Assembly: GCA_048940645.1 (NCBI GenBank)
Contig: JBHLOI010000005.1
Coordinates: 52,578-116,577, forward strand
DNA: 64,000 bases
Source: Promethearchaeota archaeon
GTDB taxonomy: Archaea; Asgardarchaeota; Lokiarchaeia; Sigyniarchaeales; SOKP01
Direction: 5' to 3'
The notes below the pieces were generated by a model. That model did no database searches. It was not told the origin of the DNA and saw only the letters and a list, made by a program, of their open reading frames with translations. The first letter of the stretch is position 1, and each line of letters begins with the position of its first letter. The position numbers and the translations under genes are program-made. Of the stretch, positions 59,723 to 64,000 are shown piece by piece.

Positions 59723-59840
59723 AATGATTCACTTAATTCTTAAAAAATTTATATGTATAAAATCAAATTTTAAATTTGAAATAATAAATTTAGTAGAATC
59801 AAATATAAAAAGTTTATATTATACTTTTTAAAATTGAAAG

Positions 59841-60953
59841 TTATATATCATCAGTAATTTTTTTTGTAAAGTAAAATATACCTGGTTCAATGCCTCTTTT
59901 TTCAGCCATTTTATAAAAAAGTAATTGTAGAATAATGATTTCCATTATTGGAGCTAAATAGTTATCAACAATGTTATGCCGATAAACAATCATTCTAGAA
60001 TTTTTATGAATTTTTTCGAGTTTACTATTAAAATTTTGATTTGTTATATGAAGAATCTTTTTACATTTCCATCTATTAATTAGATTATCTAGGAATTTAG
60101 TGTTTAATTGTAAATTCTTATTATCTGATGTAATCAAAATTATCGTGGTGTTATCATTAAGACATTCTATACCCCCGTGTCTAAACGTAGATATAGAATT
60201 TGCTTCAGAATAAACCTTTGCAATTTCTTTACAATTCAAAGCAGCTTGATGAGCAGTTACCATCGAAGAACCTCGTGATAATATCTCGATAAAATTCATG
60301 TCGTATCCAAAAGAATCTATTAAATCTTCCCAGATTTTATTTAAGCTAGCTTTATCATTCATTAAAGTATCCACTTCAGTGATTAACTGATCGATTTTTT
60401 CAAGTTCACTTTCATTTGTAAAAAATTCACCTATTATTGTTTTAGCCATCACGTAAAGCAATAATAAAGTGCAAACATAACTCTTTGATGTTACTGATAC
60501 TTCCTTGTCAAAATTCATTAAAATTTGTAATTCTGTCATGGATGCTAGATAACTATCAGGATCATTTGTAATACCAATTGTTAAAGGAGTATCATCAATT
60601 GAATTAATTCTTCTAAGCAATTCTCGAATTTCACCAGATTCACCCGATTGAGATATAATGATTATTCCCGTGTTTTTAAAAATATCTTTCCTTTTTTCTG
60701 GAAATAGATTAAATAGAAATTCTCCAGAATCTCTTATTTCCGTTGTTATTCCGTATTGATTTAATATATAATAGGGTAAGTATGTGCTAATATAACTAGA
60801 TCCCATTCCTGTGAAGATTAATTTATTTATTCCTCCTTTTTTAATGAAGTCCTTTACAATTAGAAATTGAGGTTTTCCATCGCTCATTATATAATTTAAA
60901 GTTTCTCTTAGGGCCAATGATTGAGATTTTATTTCCTCCAAAAACTCACTCAT
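59841..60953 (-). CDS. Double-SIS-domain sugar isomerase/deaminase (GlmS C-terminal-like)
   Basis: GMGSS, SQSGES, TN, SKSY, KE, FRHG. Confidence 0.85.
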   Translation of the reverse strand: MSEFLEEIKSQSLALRETLNYIMSDGKPQFLIVKDFIKKGGINKLIFTGMGSSYISTYLPYYILNQYGITTEIRDSGEFLFNLFPEKRKDIFKNTGIIIISQSGESGEIRELLRRINSIDDTPLTIGITNDPDSYLASMTELQILMNFDKEVSVTSKSYVCTLLLLYVMAKTIIGEFFTNESELEKIDQLITEVDTLMNDKASLNKIWEDLIDSFGYDMNFIEILSRGSSMVTAHQAALNCKEIAKVYSEANSISTFRHGGIECLNDNTTIILITSDNKNLQLNTKFLDNLINRWKCKKILHITNQNFNSKLEKIHKNSRMIVYRHNIVDNYLAPIMEIIILQLLFYKMAEKRGIEPGIFYFTKKITDDI

Positions 60954-61031
60954 AATTAATAATAAAAAAAAATATAAAATAAAATTAATTTAAAGAATTC
61001 AGAAAAGAAAATCTATTTAAGTGGAAAATTT

Positions 61032-61406
61032 ATGATTTGTAAACACGGCCTTGATGAGATAAATTGTCCAATTTGTCGAATTTCTACAAGCACAAGACCA
61101 CATAATGATTTAAATTTGGAAATGTTTAATATAAATCCGCTTAAAACAGAAAATCCTTCTTTTAAGAAACATACTACTAATAAAAAGAAATTAGAGCAAA
61201 ATATATTTCATATTCAAAATGCTTTAAAACCAAATTTCATTCATAAGTTCCCAGAAATTACTATGATACACCAAATACCTGATTTTGGAAATAAAATTTT
61301 TAGAAAACAACTCGAAAATATTGATATTACTAAATCTGACAAATTTGGAATTTCTAAAAAAATTTCTTTAACAAAACCAGAACTAGATTTAGAATCTGAA
61401 GATTAG
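61032..61406 (+). CDS. Hypothetical protein with N-terminal CxH...CxxC zinc-binding motif
   Basis: MICKHGLDEINCPICR. Confidence 0.65.
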   Translation: MICKHGLDEINCPICRISTSTRPHNDLNLEMFNINPLKTENPSFKKHTTNKKKLEQNIFHIQNALKPNFIHKFPEITMIHQIPDFGNKIFRKQLENIDITKSDKFGISKKISLTKPELDLESED

Positions 61407-61514
61407 TGTTCTACATATAATACTTCTTATTATTTATTTGAATATCAGATAGAGTTATATAAGTTTGAATTATAAATATTAATAATAATTTGAATTTGGA
61501 AAAAGTGATTATGT

Positions 61515-62162
61515 ATGGAAGCACAAATGGAAATTTTTTGGTTGGGTCATGCCGCTTTCAAGATTGTAATGTTTAGTGGTAGGATTATCTATTTAGACCC
61601 ATATAATATTAAAGAAGGTGAAGAAAAAGCAGATATAATTATATCATCCCATACCCATGGGGATCATTTCTCAACTACGGATATAAAGAAATTATGGGAA
61701 GATAATACAATCTTAATAGGTCCAATTAGTATTGCTAGTAGTTTAGCAGAATTTAATGGAAAGCCTTTACAATTTGGTGAAGAATTTGCCTATAAAGATT
61801 TTTCAATAGAACTATTTCCAGCATATACTATAAAAAAGAGAACACATCCAAAAAGTAATGCTTGGGCAGGAACAATAATCGAATCAGCGGGAAGAAGTGT
61901 ATACCATGCTGGTGATACTGAGCAGATTCCAGAAATGAAGGACTTAGCTAAAAGAAATATAACTGTCGCCTTACTCCCTTGCGGAGGGACATATACAATG
62001 GATATGGAAGAGGCTACAGATGCTGCAATGGATATACAACCTGAAATTGTTGTTCCAATGCATTCCTGGGGTGCTGATTTAAATAAGTTTAAAGAAATTA
62101 TGAATACTAAAGATCCTAATATAAAAGTAGAGATATTGGAAAATAAATCTCTTAAAATATGA
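61515..62162 (+). CDS. Metallo-beta-lactamase-fold hydrolase
   Basis: WLGHA, DPY, SHTHGDH, HAGDT, PMH. Confidence 0.92.
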   Translation: MEAQMEIFWLGHAAFKIVMFSGRIIYLDPYNIKEGEEKADIIISSHTHGDHFSTTDIKKLWEDNTILIGPISIASSLAEFNGKPLQFGEEFAYKDFSIELFPAYTIKKRTHPKSNAWAGTIIESAGRSVYHAGDTEQIPEMKDLAKRNITVALLPCGGTYTMDMEEATDAAMDIQPEIVVPMHSWGADLNKFKEIMNTKDPNIKVEILENKSLKI

Positions 62163-62354
62163 ATATAATCTAAAATATTAAATACCTTAAATTTTAAAGG
62201 TTTTTTTAATTTTTTATGTCAATATATACATAATATTATGATTAAAATGCTACTTTTCTTTTATTTTCTTTTAACATAAGAATTTAATATTAAATTTTTA
62301 CATAATACATGAAAAAGAATATATCTCAAATATAGATTTTAAAGATGATGAATT

Positions 62355-64000
62355 ATGGAAATCGACGATAGTCTAAGAAAAAATACAACTGTTGCATATA
62401 TCTCCATGGAAATCGGAATGGATAGTAATATACCTACATATTCTGGGGGTTTAGGTGTTTTATCAGGAGATACAGTAAGATCTGCAGCAGATCTAGAAAT
62501 TCCTATGGTAGCAGTTTGCCTTTGCTACAGTTCGGGTTACTTTTTTCAATTATTTGATGAAACTGGAGAACAAAAAGAAAAAGAAGTTGAATGGAATTTC
62601 TTCTATGAATTTGACAAGGTTGAAAAGCCAATTTGTATTAATATTGAAAATAAAAATGTTAAAGTTTCCGCGTGGTTATATAAAGTAATTGGGCAATCAG
62701 GCCATATCCTTCCGATTTATCTCCTTACTACTGATATAGATGGAAATGAGGACTGGATGAAAAAAATGACAGGATCACTATACGATTCTACTTCGAGATG
62801 GAATCGCATTGTACAAGAAATTATTCTTGGAATCGGAGGTGTACGCCTTTTAAATTCTTTGGGCTATAACAATATTAAGACTTATCATCTAAATGAAGGT
62901 CATGGATCATTCGCCACAATTGAATTATTCAATATGTTTAATGGTGATATTGAAAAAGTAAAGTCAAGTATTGCATTTACTACTCACACACCTGTTCCAG
63001 CTGGGCATGACAGATTTGATAAAAGTTTAGTAAATAAAGTATTCGAAAGTAGAATACCCAAAGAAATTCTAAAATTAGGTGAGGATAACGGACAATTAAA
63101 TATGACAAACTTAGGTATGAACCTTTCAAAATACAGAAATGGAGTCTCTAAAAAACATGCAGAAATCACCAAGAAAATGTTTCCGCAATATGAAATTGAT
63201 TATATTACAAATGGAATTCATTTACCATTTTGGGTTTCAAAACCAATTAGAAAACTCTTTGATAGAAAATGGCCAAATTGGACAGCAAATCCTATTGTAC
63301 TCCAAAATGCTATTGAATTGGATGATTTAGATCTTTTTGATGCACATATTGAAAATAAATTTGGACTTATTAGTTATCAGAAAGGACATAGCTGGAATTT
63401 ACTAGACGAGGAACTTATTACAATAGCATTCGCTAGAAGGTTCGCTACCTATAAGAGAGCAGTACTTATATTTCATGATATTGATCGGTTAGGTAAAATC
63501 TGTAAGGGAAATGTCCAATTTATTTTTGCAGGGAAAGCTCATCCAAAAGATCAAGCGGGTAAGGACTTTATAAAAAAAATTTATGAATCTGGAGAATATC
63601 TTTTTAATAATTATGGAGTTAAAGTGGTTTTAATGGAAAATTATAACATGGACTTATCTCATATGCTAGTTTCTGGATGTGATGTATGGCTTAATACTCC
63701 TGAAAGATATCGCGAAGCAAGTGGCACTAGTGGAATAAAAGCAGCTTTAAATGGAGTTTTAAATCTGAGTGTTCAAGATGGTTGGTGGTTAGAAGGGTAT
63801 AAAATGAATCCTATGGCGGGATGGAGTATTGGCCCAGATGATTCAAATCCAGAGGACCCAGGTGTATCAAATAATTGGGAAATTGATGCAAAAGCATTTT
63901 ATGACATCCTAGAGAATGAAATCATTCCAACTTATTTAAATCATGATGAGTGGTTATTCAGATGTAAAAATGCAATTTCGCTTGCTGCTTATTTTAACAC
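62355..64000 (+). CDS. glgP: Alpha-glucan (glycogen/starch) phosphorylase, truncated at the window end
   Basis: Absent from the ORF track because it has no stop in the window. SMEIG, YSGGLGVLSGD, HLNEGH, FTTHTPVPAGHD, ARRFATYKR, AGKAHP and EASGTSGIK (PLP Lys). Confidence 0.95.
   Translation, partial: MEIDDSLRKNTTVAYISMEIGMDSNIPTYSGGLGVLSGDTVRSAADLEIPMVAVCLCYSSGYFFQLFDETGEQKEKEVEWNFFYEFDKVEKPICINIENKNVKVSAWLYKVIGQSGHILPIYLLTTDIDGNEDWMKKMTGSLYDSTSRWNRIVQEIILGIGGVRLLNSLGYNNIKTYHLNEGHGSFATIELFNMFNGDIEKVKSSIAFTTHTPVPAGHDRFDKSLVNKVFESRIPKEILKLGEDNGQLNMTNLGMNLSKYRNGVSKKHAEITKKMFPQYEIDYITNGIHLPFWVSKPIRKLFDRKWPNWTANPIVLQNAIELDDLDLFDAHIENKFGLISYQKGHSWNLLDEELITIAFARRFATYKRAVLIFHDIDRLGKICKGNVQFIFAGKAHPKDQAGKDFIKKIYESGEYLFNNYGVKVVLMENYNMDLSHMLVSGCDVWLNTPERYREASGTSGIKAALNGVLNLSVQDGWWLEGYKMNPMAGWSIGPDDSNPEDPGVSNNWEIDAKAFYDILENEIIPTYLNHDEWLFRCKNAISLAAYFN

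Noticed and set aside
1605-63330. Short ORFs overlapping longer genes, mostly antisense (e.g. 10840-11436, 13949-14224, 43741-44220, 53510-54097, 62984-63172, 63139-63330)
   Set aside because: They are shadows of well-supported genes on the other strand or frame and have no motifs of their own.
1-64000. CRISPR array, rRNA, transposase
   Set aside because: No regularly spaced repeats, long GC-rich structural RNA or transposase motifs were seen.

Overview
AT-rich chromosomal window from an Asgard archaeon, most likely Lokiarchaeia/Promethearchaeota. The assignment rests on archaeal uS15/eS1, an ESCRT cluster (ESCRT-III Vps2/24/46, Vps4, ESCRT-II Vps25 and Vps22/36), Rab-like GTPases and longin/roadblock proteins. 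I call about 47 CDS, tRNA-Val(GAC), tRNA-Gly(GCC) and a GNAT pseudogene remnant, and see no CRISPR array, rRNA or intact mobile element. Best candidates for undescribed biology: (1) a Rab-like GTPase-LRR-8TM fusion with Leu at the catalytic Gln position, convergent with a HEAT-LRR gene; (2) a 13 kb envelope operon with two FtsX/MacB-type permeases flanking a giant protein ending in a TRAP-beta-like domain and a membrane-anchored subtilase with a cytoplasmic Cys8 zinc-finger tail; (3) apparent non-AUG initiation missed by the ORF track (ATC for vps4, restoring its MIT domain; CTG for the subtilase, restoring its signal peptide); (4) a surface protein with a candidate two-hairpin pore-forming-like domain; (5) a nickel-pincer (larB/larC) neighbourhood with a His-rich NikR, interleaved with membrane-tailed GH2/GH20 glycosidases. 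All calls come from reading motifs by eye; no searches were run.
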